NCBI GenBank assembly: GCA_963811115.1
Contig: CAWEQB010000012.1
Coordinates: 1,017,762-1,081,761 of the forward strand
Length of the DNA: 64,000 nt
Source of the DNA: an uncultured Gammaproteobacteria bacterium
Lineage (GTDB): Bacteria; Pseudomonadota; Gammaproteobacteria; Steroidobacterales; Steroidobacteraceae
Reading direction: 5' to 3'
In this document: positions 49,949 to 59,183 of the stretch, piece by piece
Layout of the letters: each line of letters starts with the position of its first letter
Position numbering within the stretch: position 1 is the stretch's first letter
The notes under the pieces: model-generated
The model's input: only the letters and a program-made list of their open reading frames with translations
Database searches by the model: none
What the model was told of the DNA's origin: nothing
Position numbers and translations under genes: made by a program

Positions 49949-50545
49949 CTAGTCAGGCTTCCGGCCATAGGCACGCCGAGTTCGAGTTCTAATGACCGAG
50001 AGGAGATGCAGAGCGATCACTATTGCAAGCGCGGCTCCTAGACTCGCATGCAGCCGGTTCAAATAGCGGACTACGGGAGCCTCTCGGGCTTCGTCCTCGC
50101 GGGTTACCTCGGGGTCCGCCGAGCCCGAATGTTCCGTACCTTCTTGGTGGTACCACTGTGGCAACGCCGGTATCCCGAAGAGATGCGCGGGCATGCCTTG
50201 CTCCGAGGCGAGCCACCAACCCGAAATGGGTAGAGCGATGAGCAGGGCATAAAAGGCAGTGCGCAGCCCTCGATTCGCATTGGGTTCCGCTGCCCCGCTT
50301 GCCGTCGGTCGATAGACGAACCACAGGAAGACTCGAGTAATGGTCAGAAGATACACCGTGAGTCCCAGAAGACTGTGCCAGAGGAAGGCCATATTGCCCG
50401 ATCCATGAGGGTCGATATTTCCGAACAGTGCCGCGATCAGCACACCGCTAACGAGCGCGATCGTCACCCAGTGAATGGCTCGACTCCAGGCATAGCATCG
50501 AAGGGCGAATGCACGATCTTGTGGTACATCCGATTGTTCATTCAT
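49949..50545 (-). CDS. Cytochrome b561 family protein
   Basis: ATG 50545 inside track ORF 49949-50626. 4-TM pattern with conserved His (AIHWVTIAL...WHSLLGLTVY...LHASLGAALAIVIALHL). Confidence 0.7.
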   Translation of the reverse strand: MNEQSDVPQDRAFALRCYAWSRAIHWVTIALVSGVLIAALFGNIDPHGSGNMAFLWHSLLGLTVYLLTITRVFLWFVYRPTASGAAEPNANRGLRTAFYALLIALPISGWWLASEQGMPAHLFGIPALPQWYHQEGTEHSGSADPEVTREDEAREAPVVRYLNRLHASLGAALAIVIALHLLSVIRTRTRRAYGRKPD

Positions 50546-50550
50546 TGTAG

Positions 50551-51666
50551 TCACCTCATCCTCCGAACAAATGAGCAACGCTCGGGTGCGAGCCCCTGGT
50601 CGGCTTCCGTCGCCCATTCGCGCCAAATGGCGAGCCCAACGGCGAGCACGACCGGGCCGGCGAACACCCCAATAGGACCCCAGACTGCAATGCCGCCGAT
50701 TGCGCCGAACATCACCACGATCAAGGGAACATGGGTTGCGTTGCTGATGAGAATTGGACGAAGCACGTTGTCAATGGGATGCACCAGCAATAGACCCCAC
50801 AAGAGCAATACGACACCTTTGACTACATGGCCGGTGAGCAGCAAATAGGTGCCGAGGCTGCCCCAAACGAGAGCTGTCCCAAGAAAGGGAACGAAGGACA
50901 ATGCGCCGGTGATTGCGCCGAGCAGCACGGATCCCCGGATGCCGAGAATCGCGTATCCGATTCCGGCAACCAAGCCTTGGACGAAGGCGGTCGTCAGAAA
51001 CCCAAACAGGATCGCGCGTGTCATCGAACCGGCCGTACTGACATAACCTTCGAGGCGACGGCCGAAGGCCTTCCTAACGACCCGCCGCAATTGACCAAGA
51101 ATCGAGTCTCCATCGCGATAGAGGAAAAATACCGTGAACATCACCAAAAGCAGTTTGCCGACTCCTCGTCCAACACCGCCCGCCAACGCAGTGATCTGAC
51201 TGGTCCACGAGTGAGCCCATGTGGCGATCTGTTCGCCGAAGCCGGCCGGTTCGACCGATAAGTGATCCAATTGCTGCTGCAACTGCTCTCCAAACCAAGG
51301 GATACGACGAATGATCTCGGGAAGAACCAGAGTCTTCTCGGCAAGCAGCGATTCCAACGCTCGATAAGCCGAGACCAACTCGCCGGCGATCAATACGAAG
51401 AACCACAGAGCCGGCAATATCACGGCACACGTCACCACAAGCATCATGCAGAATGCGGCAGCGCCCTGAAATCGACCGAATGGACGACGCAACACCCGAT
51501 ACACAGGCCAACTGACGTACGCGAGAATCGCGGACCACGTGATGACGGAGGCGAATGGCCGGAGTACTGTAAGGCACGCGGCCCCGAACGCAATCGCCAA
51601 CAGTAACAACCCGACCTGCTTCGGGTGAACTCTCGCCATGGGCATCTCTGCTTGGATTTCTGACAT
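50551..51666 (-). CDS. AI-2E family transporter (PerM/UPF0118)
   Basis: 371 aa, multi-TM. C-terminal ...HPIDNVLRPILISNATHVPLIVVMFGAIGGIAVWGPIGVFAGP is typical of the family. Confidence 0.75.
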   Translation of the reverse strand: MSEIQAEMPMARVHPKQVGLLLLAIAFGAACLTVLRPFASVITWSAILAYVSWPVYRVLRRPFGRFQGAAAFCMMLVVTCAVILPALWFFVLIAGELVSAYRALESLLAEKTLVLPEIIRRIPWFGEQLQQQLDHLSVEPAGFGEQIATWAHSWTSQITALAGGVGRGVGKLLLVMFTVFFLYRDGDSILGQLRRVVRKAFGRRLEGYVSTAGSMTRAILFGFLTTAFVQGLVAGIGYAILGIRGSVLLGAITGALSFVPFLGTALVWGSLGTYLLLTGHVVKGVVLLLWGLLLVHPIDNVLRPILISNATHVPLIVVMFGAIGGIAVWGPIGVFAGPVVLAVGLAIWREWATEADQGLAPERCSFVRRMR

Positions 51667-51812
51667 AGACTACTTTCAGCGATGCACCGCTGGTTGAGAA
51701 AAATGCGCCTTGGCGCTCTGGAAAGGCAGCCGGAAAAATGCGCAAAGCCTAGGTACATCTCCTAGTATCTTCTCGTTGCCAATATGACAGTGTCGGCTCA
51801 GGATTTTGAGGA

Positions 51813-52231
51813 GTGACACCTACCATGCCGGGCGGAAGTCGACTGCTTGTACCAATCGACGGGTCCGATCACTCGCTGCGCGCGCTCGCGCATGTCATCA
51901 AGCGGGTAGCGGCGGACCGGCGGCTCCAGATATTGGTGCTCAATGTGCAGCCGCCGTTTCCACCAAGCCTATTTGTCACACGGTTGATGATTGCTGAGCA
52001 TCACAAGGCAAAGAGCAAGGAGAATCTGGCGCGAGCCTGCGGATGTTGCATCGAAAGGCTGTGAAATCAGAGATCCTGGTTCGAGTGGGCGAACCGGGCG
52101 AAACCATTGTCAAAGTGGCGCGGCAGAAGCATTGCGGCGAGATCGTTCTGGGTAGTCGTGGCCTGGGAAATCTCGCAGCTGGAGGAAGTCCATTCGAGTC
52201 GGAGGTATTTGCGGCAAACGCGTATGGATGA
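51813..52231 (+). pseudogene. Universal stress protein (UspA family), frame-disrupted
   Basis: The N-terminal half (RLLVPIDGSDHSLRALAHVI...) is in ORF 51813-52064. The C-terminal half (..VRVGEPGETIVKVARQKHCGEIVLGSRGLGNL..) is in ORF 52043-52231 in another frame, and its last 20 aa or so do not match the family. Confidence 0.6.
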
Positions 52232-52311
52232 GACTTTCCGACTAATATAGCGTGTAGGAACTGATGACGGTACTTGACCAATTCATCAACCGACCCAGCC
52301 TGGTGACCACT

Positions 52312-52620
52312 ATGAATTCACGAAACCTGTTTAAATCCTTTCTCTGCACCTTGATTGCCTCGGGATTCATGTCGGGCTTGGTAATGGCGGCGGATACTGC
52401 GACGGCTGTTCCGCCTGAACCGTCAAAGGAAGTGCGCGAAAAGATGGCCGTTGCTCATGATCGAATGGCGGCGTGTCTGCGCAGCGATAGAACCATAAGC
52501 GACTGCCGTGATGAACTGATGAAGGCATGTCATCAGCTGATGGCTGAGCATGGCTGCCCCATGATGGACAAGCACCAGCACATGATGAAAACTCCGGCGC
52601 CGGTCCCGAAGACGCCATAG
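52312..52620 (+). CDS. Small secreted Cys/Met/His-rich protein (hypothetical)
   Basis: ATG 52312 inside track ORF 52264-52620. Signal peptide MNSRNLFKSFLCTLIASGFMSGLVMA. The mature part has CLRSD..SDC...ACHQLMAEHGCPMMDKHQHMM. Confidence 0.5.
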   Translation: MNSRNLFKSFLCTLIASGFMSGLVMAADTATAVPPEPSKEVREKMAVAHDRMAACLRSDRTISDCRDELMKACHQLMAEHGCPMMDKHQHMMKTPAPVPKTP

Positions 52621-52641
52621 TCAGCGCGCCAGGCTTTCTGG

Positions 52642-53607
52642 TTAGCGCGCGATGGTCCCGTCCGTTGCATTCATCGCCTTCGCGGCGGCTCGAATGCTCG
52701 CGATGAAGAGGCCAGCCATCGGGCTCAGTGTCCGATTCTTCAGAGTCACGATCGCGATGGGTCGTGGTTGCAATCCCAGGTCTATGGGCAGCGCTCTGAC
52801 GGAATCGAATTGACCGATCAAGTCGGGAGGGAAAGCGCTGAGAAAATCTCCTCTGGCCAGCAGTGCGGCGCGCAGTTGAAACGACAGAGTGGTCACGCTC
52901 GCCCGCGGCGGAGTCAGCCCTTGCGAGCGGAACGCTGAGGCCACGTACTCGCTCTCCGGCATCTCGGGGGGAAGGAGAACCCATTTTTCGTGGACCAGCT
53001 CGGCCAGCGTGATCTTGCGCCGGCGCACCCATGGGCTCTGTACTCCCGCCACCACGACGACGGAGTGGTGCATGACGACTTCGGCCTGCAAGTCGTCCTC
53101 TTTGAATGGCATGGCGATTCGTCCGACTGCGAGATCGAGTTTCCGTTCGCGCAAGTCCCGAAAGTCGAGCGCGATGGTGTCTGCCTGACGCATGTGGAAG
53201 ACCATTCGCGGATACCGCGACAAAAGCGCTTCGATGACCGTAGGGACGAGTGCGATGTTCACTTGCTCGCCACAACCGATGCGTAGCTCGCCCACTCCGG
53301 GGTCGGACAGAAACTCGATTTCACCGACTCCCTGGCGCAGCTCGTCGAACACCGCGGCGCCGCGACGGAGCAGGGCATGCCCATACGGGGTCGGCTCGAC
53401 ACCGTGCGGATTGCGATCCAGGAGTCGTACTCCCAGGCTGTGCTCAAGGGCCGCAATCGCCTTGGATACCGCGGGCTGCGACATCGAGAGCCGCTGGGAG
53501 GCCCGGATCATGCTGCCCGATTGCGCGACCGTGAGCAGGATGTGCAGATCCCGTAACTGCAAACGGCGGCCGATGCGTTGTTCCCATTGACGGAGCCGGT
53601 TTGGCAT
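52642..53607 (-). CDS. LysR-family transcriptional regulator
   Basis: I prefer ATG 53607 over the track TTG start at 53634. N-terminal wHTH LRDLHILLTVAQSGSMIRASQRLSMSQPAVSKAIAALE, then a LysR substrate-binding domain. Confidence 0.85.
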   Translation of the reverse strand: MPNRLRQWEQRIGRRLQLRDLHILLTVAQSGSMIRASQRLSMSQPAVSKAIAALEHSLGVRLLDRNPHGVEPTPYGHALLRRGAAVFDELRQGVGEIEFLSDPGVGELRIGCGEQVNIALVPTVIEALLSRYPRMVFHMRQADTIALDFRDLRERKLDLAVGRIAMPFKEDDLQAEVVMHHSVVVVAGVQSPWVRRRKITLAELVHEKWVLLPPEMPESEYVASAFRSQGLTPPRASVTTLSFQLRAALLARGDFLSAFPPDLIGQFDSVRALPIDLGLQPRPIAIVTLKNRTLSPMAGLFIASIRAAAKAMNATDGTIAR

Positions 53608-53804
53608 AACTGAATGGTTAACTGGATAGAGCAAATCAGAAATGCGGGTTATACGCCATCCGTTAGCATCCTGCCAATCGTTCCGCGAAACCGCGAGGAG
53701 GCCTCGTCAATGCAAGCCAATCAACCCGCGCTGGCCCCGCAGTGGATCGCTCGCGTGCATCGCACGTATGCGTGCCTGGCAAAGGCGGCCGGTCCCCGCA
53801 TCCA

Positions 53805-55049
53805 ATGATGGACATCAGACACCTCTCTGTAGCGAGCCGCGTCACCGCGGTTCTGTGTTTTCTGAGCGCGCTGTGCGAAGGATTCGATGTCCAGGCCGCG
53901 GGTGTCGCGGCGGCGGGAATAGCGCGCGAGTTGCATTGCACGCCCGCCGATCTTGGGCTCTTCTTCAGCGCCAGCGGCGCCGGACTGCTCATCGGATCGG
54001 TAATCGGGGGACGCGCCGCCGATCGTTGGGGTCGCAAAATCATTCTGACCCTCTCCATCTGCATGTTCGGTTTGTCTTCGCTGTGGACCTCTTTCATGCC
54101 GAGCCTGTCGTTGCTCACGAGCGCCCGATTCCTGACCGGTCTCGGTTTGGGCGGAGCATTGCCGACCCTGATTGCATTCGCAGCCGAGACCAGTGCACCC
54201 GGAGCGCGCAATCGGAGCATCGGGGCCGCCTACGTCGGCATGCCCATCGGGGGTTCTCTGGCGAGCCTATTGGCGTTTCTGCTTCCATCAGAATCCTGGC
54301 GCGAGCTGTTCCGCGTGGGGGGCCTGGCGCCACTACTCCTCGTGCCGGCACTGGCCGGATTCCTGCCCGGGAGACTCGCTTGCTGCACTCAACCTGGCAT
54401 GACTCCCGCGGTGCCTCGCATCATTCACGAACTCTTCGGCAGGAGGCGGGTTCGCAATACGCTGCTGCTCTGGATCAGTTTTTTCCTGATCGTCTTGATG
54501 CTGCATCTGATGTTGAATTGGCTCCCCTTTCTGCTCACCACGCGCGGTCTCACCAAGGATTCGGCAATGCTTGCGCAGGCAGGCTTCGGCATCGGCGGCG
54601 CCTGCATTGCACTCGGGCAAGCTGCACTCCTCGACTCGGCCTGGCGAAGGGCGAGCATAGTCGTCAGCGTCATGGCGCTGCCGCTCGCACTGGTGTGCGT
54701 GGCCCTGCTGCCGGCCTGGCCGGCGGCCCTGATTGCGCTGGTGTTGCTTCTCGGGGGCGCCATTCTGGCGCAGCAGGTCATCGTCTACAGTGTGGGCAGC
54801 GCCTGCTATTCGGCGGAGGCGCGAGCAACCGCGCTCGGCGCTGCGGTGGCGGCGGGCCGCGCCGGCTCTCTGGCAGGTCCGCTGTTCGCCGCCGCATTGC
54901 TCGCCGGCGGCCGCAGCGCTGCACAAGTGCTGCTTGGGGTGCTTCCGATCGCGCTGGCGTGCGGTGGCTGCGTCGGACTTGCAGCAACCGGGGATGCAGT
55001 TGGGGGACGCGCCCGTCATCTCGAAGTAGTCGGCGTAAATGAAACATAG
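53805..55049 (+). CDS. MFS transporter (aromatic-acid/H+ symporter-like)
   Basis: ATG 53805 inside track ORF 53742-55049. ...GFDVQAAGVAA...GGRAADRWGRK... and 12 TM helices. Divergent from the LysR gene. Confidence 0.72.
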   Translation: MMDIRHLSVASRVTAVLCFLSALCEGFDVQAAGVAAAGIARELHCTPADLGLFFSASGAGLLIGSVIGGRAADRWGRKIILTLSICMFGLSSLWTSFMPSLSLLTSARFLTGLGLGGALPTLIAFAAETSAPGARNRSIGAAYVGMPIGGSLASLLAFLLPSESWRELFRVGGLAPLLLVPALAGFLPGRLACCTQPGMTPAVPRIIHELFGRRRVRNTLLLWISFFLIVLMLHLMLNWLPFLLTTRGLTKDSAMLAQAGFGIGGACIALGQAALLDSAWRRASIVVSVMALPLALVCVALLPAWPAALIALVLLLGGAILAQQVIVYSVGSACYSAEARATALGAAVAAGRAGSLAGPLFAAALLAGGRSAAQVLLGVLPIALACGGCVGLAATGDAVGGRARHLEVVGVNET

Positions 55050-57520
55050 CAGTGCTGATCCTGCGACATGACGACGCTCGCGGTGATCGCTGTGCCGCTG
55101 CAAGCGCCGGTCCATTTCACGTCGTAGTTGTTCGCGATATCGGGCGGCGCCGCAGTCAGGGTGACGAAGCTCCCGTTCGGAAAGGCGTGCTGGAAGAAAT
55201 TCTGTCCCGTGACGGGGTTGTAGTCGATGCCCCCCGGCGAGCTGACGACGGAGCCGCCCGTCGTATCGAGGAGCACCTGCAGGACGAAGGTCGCTGCGGG
55301 CGGCGGCGGGTTGCCGCCTCCGGTGCCGACTCCGCGATTGCTGCTGCCGGGGCCGGCTGAAAGCGCGATGAATGGACAGCCGTCAAAGGGAAACGAATTG
55401 TCGATGATGATCGTACAAAAATCCTGCCACACCGGACTGGTTCCGCTGGCCGCGAAGAAGAACGGATCCCCGACACCGCCGGTGGCACCGCCCTCGAAAA
55501 CTCCCGACAGCGGATTACCTGACAAAGTCAGGGCACCGTTGCTTGCCACCTTGAAGGCCTCCAATTCGCCGTTGCCGTCCATGACGTAGACGAATTCAGC
55601 CTGCGGCTCGGCGATGACCGAGATGGGACCTTGCGGGTTGCTGGCCGTGGCTGCGCCGGAGGCGAAGCTCAGCGAGCCGTTGCTGGGATTGATACTGTAG
55701 ACATGAACATTGAAGTTGGAACTGGGCGGAAAAAACACCGGGCCTTGAATGCCGACGTAGAGGAACCGTCCCTCCGAATCCATGGCCAGCGATAGTGGCG
55801 ATTGACCCGAGGCCGTGCTGATGCTGAAACTGCCCAGCAGGCTCAACACGCCCGTCGTCTGATTGATGGCGTAGCTGCTCAACTGGTCCACATTTCCCTG
55901 AAAGCCGATGCTCGCCACGTAGGCGAAATGCCCCCCGGGAGTGACGACGAGAGCCCAGGGATTGTCGCCCGTCGGAGCGCTTCCGATGGGCGTTGCCGAG
56001 AACAGGCCGGTGCTGCCGACGCCAAAGGTCTTGACCGTGTCGAAGTTGCCGCTGTTCTGTGGGTCCGGGGGTATGTAGGTCACATAGGCAAACTCGCCTG
56101 ACGGAGCGAAGGCGAGCGCGGTCGCCGGAACTCCACCCAAATCGCCCATGGTGCCCAGCGGGGTCAATGCCCCAGTTGCTGAATCAATCGAAAAAGCCGA
56201 GATGTTGCCGATGGTGCTGCCAAAGCGAACCTCGTTGACCACGTAGATGAATTTGCCGGTGGGATGAACCACCACGGAGACCGGGTTGCCGTTCACCGGC
56301 TTCGTGTCCGTGGGGCCCGAGATTGCTCCCGTGACCGGATCGAGCTGGTACACCGAAATGCTGTTCGCTGAAACATTGGCCGCGGCGCCATGTGCGCCGC
56401 CGGCGCCATTCGTCACATAGGCGAACCGGCGCGACGGATGAACCGTCACGGAGATTGCTCCGGAACCTACGGGGGCCGAACTGCTCGCAGCCGACAGCGC
56501 CCCGGTGCCCTTGGCAATCTTGAAGGCGGACACGCTGACGGTGCTGGTGCCGCCGACATCGGCGCGGGTGAGCGCGTAAACCATGCGCGGCAACGTGGAG
56601 GCGAACCCCGGGATGACCCAGGAGAAATTCGATACGTTCACTGAAAGCATGCCGCCATTCACGGTCGTGGGCACGGGGGCGAACCCGCCGCCGGGTTCAC
56701 CCTTGTAGATCACCGGCGTGGCGTCGGTCGGAATGCGGGTGGAGTCGAAGGGAATTTCCACCGTGGCCGGCAGCGAAAACGAAGTGCCGTGCGGGGTGAG
56801 GGCATACATCGCACCGGCCAAATCAATTCCGCTCGACGGCAACACCGGGGCGCCCGTGCTGTCCCGTGGTATCTCGATATCGACGGTGCTCGACAATGCA
56901 CCCGCGGGAATTGTGACACTTGCGCCATAGAAACCATGGACGGCCCCGCCCGCCGGTCCGATACCGTGGGTGTTCGCCGAGTTCACCGTCATCGACACGG
57001 TGGCAGAGGCGTGGTTGTAGTTGACGGAATCGCTGGGCGAAAAGGCGACCGAGAGCGTTTGTACGCCCGCGCTGAGGACGGTGGCGGCCGGAGGAGTGTA
57101 GACGAACGAGCCGGTCACGGACGCGGTGGCATCCAGCTGAGCCGCGCTCAACGGGGTGCCGACATTGATGGCCGCGGGAGCCGGCCATTCAATTGTGGGA
57201 TTGGCCTTGTTGACCGTGAGAGATACGGTGGCACTGGCAGATTTGTAATGAGCAGAATCGGTCGGAGTAAAGGTGACCGAGAGAGAGTGTGTGCCGGCGT
57301 CGAGAACAGTGGACGCTGCCGGCGTATAGACAAAGGACCCTGCTACGGAGGCAGTGGCATTGAGTTGGGTGGCGCCGAGCGCAGTGCCGTAAGTGATGGC
57401 AGAGGGTGTGGCCCAGGTGAGGGTGGGCGTGGTCATGGCGCCGCTCGCGCCATCGTCCTTGTGACAACCGTCCAACAGAATACTCAGGGCAATAGCGGCG
57501 GCGATGGCGAAGTGGCGCAT
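55016..57520 (-). CDS. Large lipoprotein: two tandem Ig-like repeats, a YVTN/lactonase-type beta-propeller and an unassigned C-terminal domain
   Basis: ATG 57520 inside track ORF 55016-57625. Lipobox ALSILLDGC. Two repeats of about 75 aa (..YGTALGATQLNATASVAGSFVYTPAASTVLDAGTHSLSVTFTP.. and ..VGTPLSAAQLDATASVTGSFVYTPPAATVLSAGVQTLSVAFSP..). Six blade-like FAYVTN/FIYVVN/FAYVTY/FAYVAS/FLYVGI/FVYVMD motifs. Confidence 0.7.
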   Translation of the reverse strand: MRHFAIAAAIALSILLDGCHKDDGASGAMTTPTLTWATPSAITYGTALGATQLNATASVAGSFVYTPAASTVLDAGTHSLSVTFTPTDSAHYKSASATVSLTVNKANPTIEWPAPAAINVGTPLSAAQLDATASVTGSFVYTPPAATVLSAGVQTLSVAFSPSDSVNYNHASATVSMTVNSANTHGIGPAGGAVHGFYGASVTIPAGALSSTVDIEIPRDSTGAPVLPSSGIDLAGAMYALTPHGTSFSLPATVEIPFDSTRIPTDATPVIYKGEPGGGFAPVPTTVNGGMLSVNVSNFSWVIPGFASTLPRMVYALTRADVGGTSTVSVSAFKIAKGTGALSAASSSAPVGSGAISVTVHPSRRFAYVTNGAGGAHGAAANVSANSISVYQLDPVTGAISGPTDTKPVNGNPVSVVVHPTGKFIYVVNEVRFGSTIGNISAFSIDSATGALTPLGTMGDLGGVPATALAFAPSGEFAYVTYIPPDPQNSGNFDTVKTFGVGSTGLFSATPIGSAPTGDNPWALVVTPGGHFAYVASIGFQGNVDQLSSYAINQTTGVLSLLGSFSISTASGQSPLSLAMDSEGRFLYVGIQGPVFFPPSSNFNVHVYSINPSNGSLSFASGAATASNPQGPISVIAEPQAEFVYVMDGNGELEAFKVASNGALTLSGNPLSGVFEGGATGGVGDPFFFAASGTSPVWQDFCTIIIDNSFPFDGCPFIALSAGPGSSNRGVGTGGGNPPPPAATFVLQVLLDTTGGSVVSSPGGIDYNPVTGQNFFQHAFPNGSFVTLTAAPPDIANNYDVKWTGACSGTAITASVVMSQDQHCYVSFTPTTSR

Positions 57521-57568
57521 GTGGGTTTTTCCTTGGGGTCCTATCTGCAGGACGCGCAGGATTGCGAT

Positions 57569-57618
57569 CAAGCGGCTCATCTCCCTCAAGCGGCTCATTT
57601 CTCTCGTGAGCCGTTTTT
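57569..57618 (+). promoter_or_regulatory. Two adjacent 18-bp direct repeats, followed by a 7-bp-stem hairpin and a T5 run, in the divergent intergenic region
   Basis: CAAGCGGCTCATCTCCCT / CAAGCGGCTCATTTCTCT (57569-57604). CGGCTCA...TGAGCCG, then TTTTT (57591-57618), 25 nt upstream of ATG 57643. Confidence 0.4.
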
Positions 57619-57642
57619 GCCGCAATTTGCGCGATTTGAAGC

Positions 57643-59154
57643 ATGAGCAAACGTCACTTCAATCGCGCGGCTCCCTGGCTGGTGCTCGCGCTCGTTCTCA
57701 TCGCCTTGTTCGCAGCGCTGCGCCCTAGGCCGCATCGGGCAAGCGGAGCGTGGACAGTTCCCGGGATGCCGACAGTTCCCGGGATGCCGACAGTTCCCGG
57801 GATGCCCGCAGTTCGTGGGATGCTGCAAGCACCGACCGCGGCGGACCTGCAGCGGCTCTTGCAAGCGCAATCGGCGGCTCTCGCCCCGGGAGGAGTTCCG
57901 CCGCAGGCGCGCGTGCTCAGCGAGACTCCCACATCACTGCGATTGGAGGTGACCCTGCCGAATGGCGAGACCGCCGAGGAGACGATCACCTTCAAACCTG
58001 GTTACAACCCAACAACCGCCGAGATCGCTGATCAGCAACTGCGTGGAGGAGAGATATTCGGTGCGCACCTGTCGCAGGAGCCGGATGGCGGACGTGTGAC
58101 GCTGAGCTATGTCGTGGCAACAAGTGCGTTGCCGGCGACTCTGCGTGAGCGCCTGTACGGCGCGCCGCGGGCGTTGACGTTCAGCTTCATCAGCACGGCC
58201 CATGCTCAGGCCGGTGCTTCCTTCTGGACCGGCATGGATGTCGGAATGCAGATTCCGAAAGGGATCAAGAGCCTCTCACCCCAGGAATTCAAGGAAATGA
58301 AAACCGCCTACACGGCCTACAAACAGATCGACTCGGCGCTCGACACCAGCGACCAGTACAACAACTGGATGGGAAAGTTTGACGCCATGGAGGAGTGCGC
58401 GCGCAACCCGACCAATACGCTCACGCAGAACGCCTACAATCAGGACCCGCAGTACCAGCAGCAGACTCTCGATGCCATTCAACAGGCACGTTCCGAGGCA
58501 AAACAGGCCACCGGGGCGAGATTCGTGAATCAGGAGGCATCCGTGGCGATGTCTCTCTCGGCGTTGAAGGCGCCGGGGCTCGTGACCAGCGTCACCGGAT
58601 CGGTCGCAAAGTGGAACGACTCGGCGCTGCAGCAGATCGGCGATGGCCTGGTTACCGATACAGCCAAACTCGTGAACTGCAATCTTGCCCGGCCCCCGAC
58701 CCGGCTTGCCTATAACGACGGCACGATCAGCTATCACATGCACCGGCAAGGATGGCTGACCTACGACGAAGAAGACCACAGCGCCAAGGGAGTCTTTACG
58801 ATGGACCCGGCGGTGGGCGGTACCTTCAAGATCAGCGGGATCGCCGACTTCAAGGCCAAGGTGATCTCCACCTCGCAGCCAATGTCGAACAAATGCGAAG
58901 GTACCAGCGAACTGAGCGGCGGCGGGGCATACGGGTACTTGGACATCGTTGCAAACCCCGTTTCGGGCAGCTGTATCTATACGACCACGGCCTATACCCG
59001 GGATATTGGCGCGGGGAATTCGGACACCTCGTTCGTTTGTCGTTTCTCGAACGTCGATCTGGTCAACGGCGGCAGCTACGAGGTGCAGGCGGCGGGAGAG
59101 GAGGCGAAGTGGACCGTGTGCTCGCTGGAACTGAAGCCGAAGCAGAAGAACTGA
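57643..59154 (+). CDS. Hypothetical membrane-anchored/secreted protein with no family I recognise
   Basis: 503-aa ORF. N-terminal TM helix PWLVLALVLIALFAAL, a (VPGMPT)x3 repeat, a Gln/Asn-rich middle and a Cys-containing C-terminal beta-rich part. Confidence 0.6.
   Translation: MSKRHFNRAAPWLVLALVLIALFAALRPRPHRASGAWTVPGMPTVPGMPTVPGMPAVRGMLQAPTAADLQRLLQAQSAALAPGGVPPQARVLSETPTSLRLEVTLPNGETAEETITFKPGYNPTTAEIADQQLRGGEIFGAHLSQEPDGGRVTLSYVVATSALPATLRERLYGAPRALTFSFISTAHAQAGASFWTGMDVGMQIPKGIKSLSPQEFKEMKTAYTAYKQIDSALDTSDQYNNWMGKFDAMEECARNPTNTLTQNAYNQDPQYQQQTLDAIQQARSEAKQATGARFVNQEASVAMSLSALKAPGLVTSVTGSVAKWNDSALQQIGDGLVTDTAKLVNCNLARPPTRLAYNDGTISYHMHRQGWLTYDEEDHSAKGVFTMDPAVGGTFKISGIADFKAKVISTSQPMSNKCEGTSELSGGGAYGYLDIVANPVSGSCIYTTTAYTRDIGAGNSDTSFVCRFSNVDLVNGGSYEVQAAGEEAKWTVCSLELKPKQKN
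57753..57824 (+). repeat. 18-bp in-frame tandem repeat (GACAGTTCCCGGGATGCC, three perfect units plus one degenerate)
   Basis: Read directly. It encodes TVPGMP TVPGMP TVPGMP AVRGML. Confidence 0.85.
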
Positions 59155-59183
59155 TTCTCCCGTCGCGCCGCTGCGCGGGCGGC

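Noticed and set aside
49759-49974. A 71-aa minus-strand ORF with two hydrophobic segments.
   Set aside because: It overlaps the 3' end of the cytochrome b561 gene by 26 nt and shows no recognisable family or RBS. It may be a remnant of a membrane protein, but the support is too weak to report as a feature.
53642-55042. A 466-aa plus-strand ORF overlapping the MFS transporter gene.
   Set aside because: It is an alternative frame of the same region and extremely Arg-rich. The 53805-55049 frame gives a coherent 12-TM MFS protein.
57753-57824. Tandem repeats as a possible CRISPR array. The same question arose for 1069-1104 and 57569-57604.
   Set aside because: The units are directly adjacent with no spacers, they number only 2-4, and one set is in frame inside a CDS. 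No cas genes are present.
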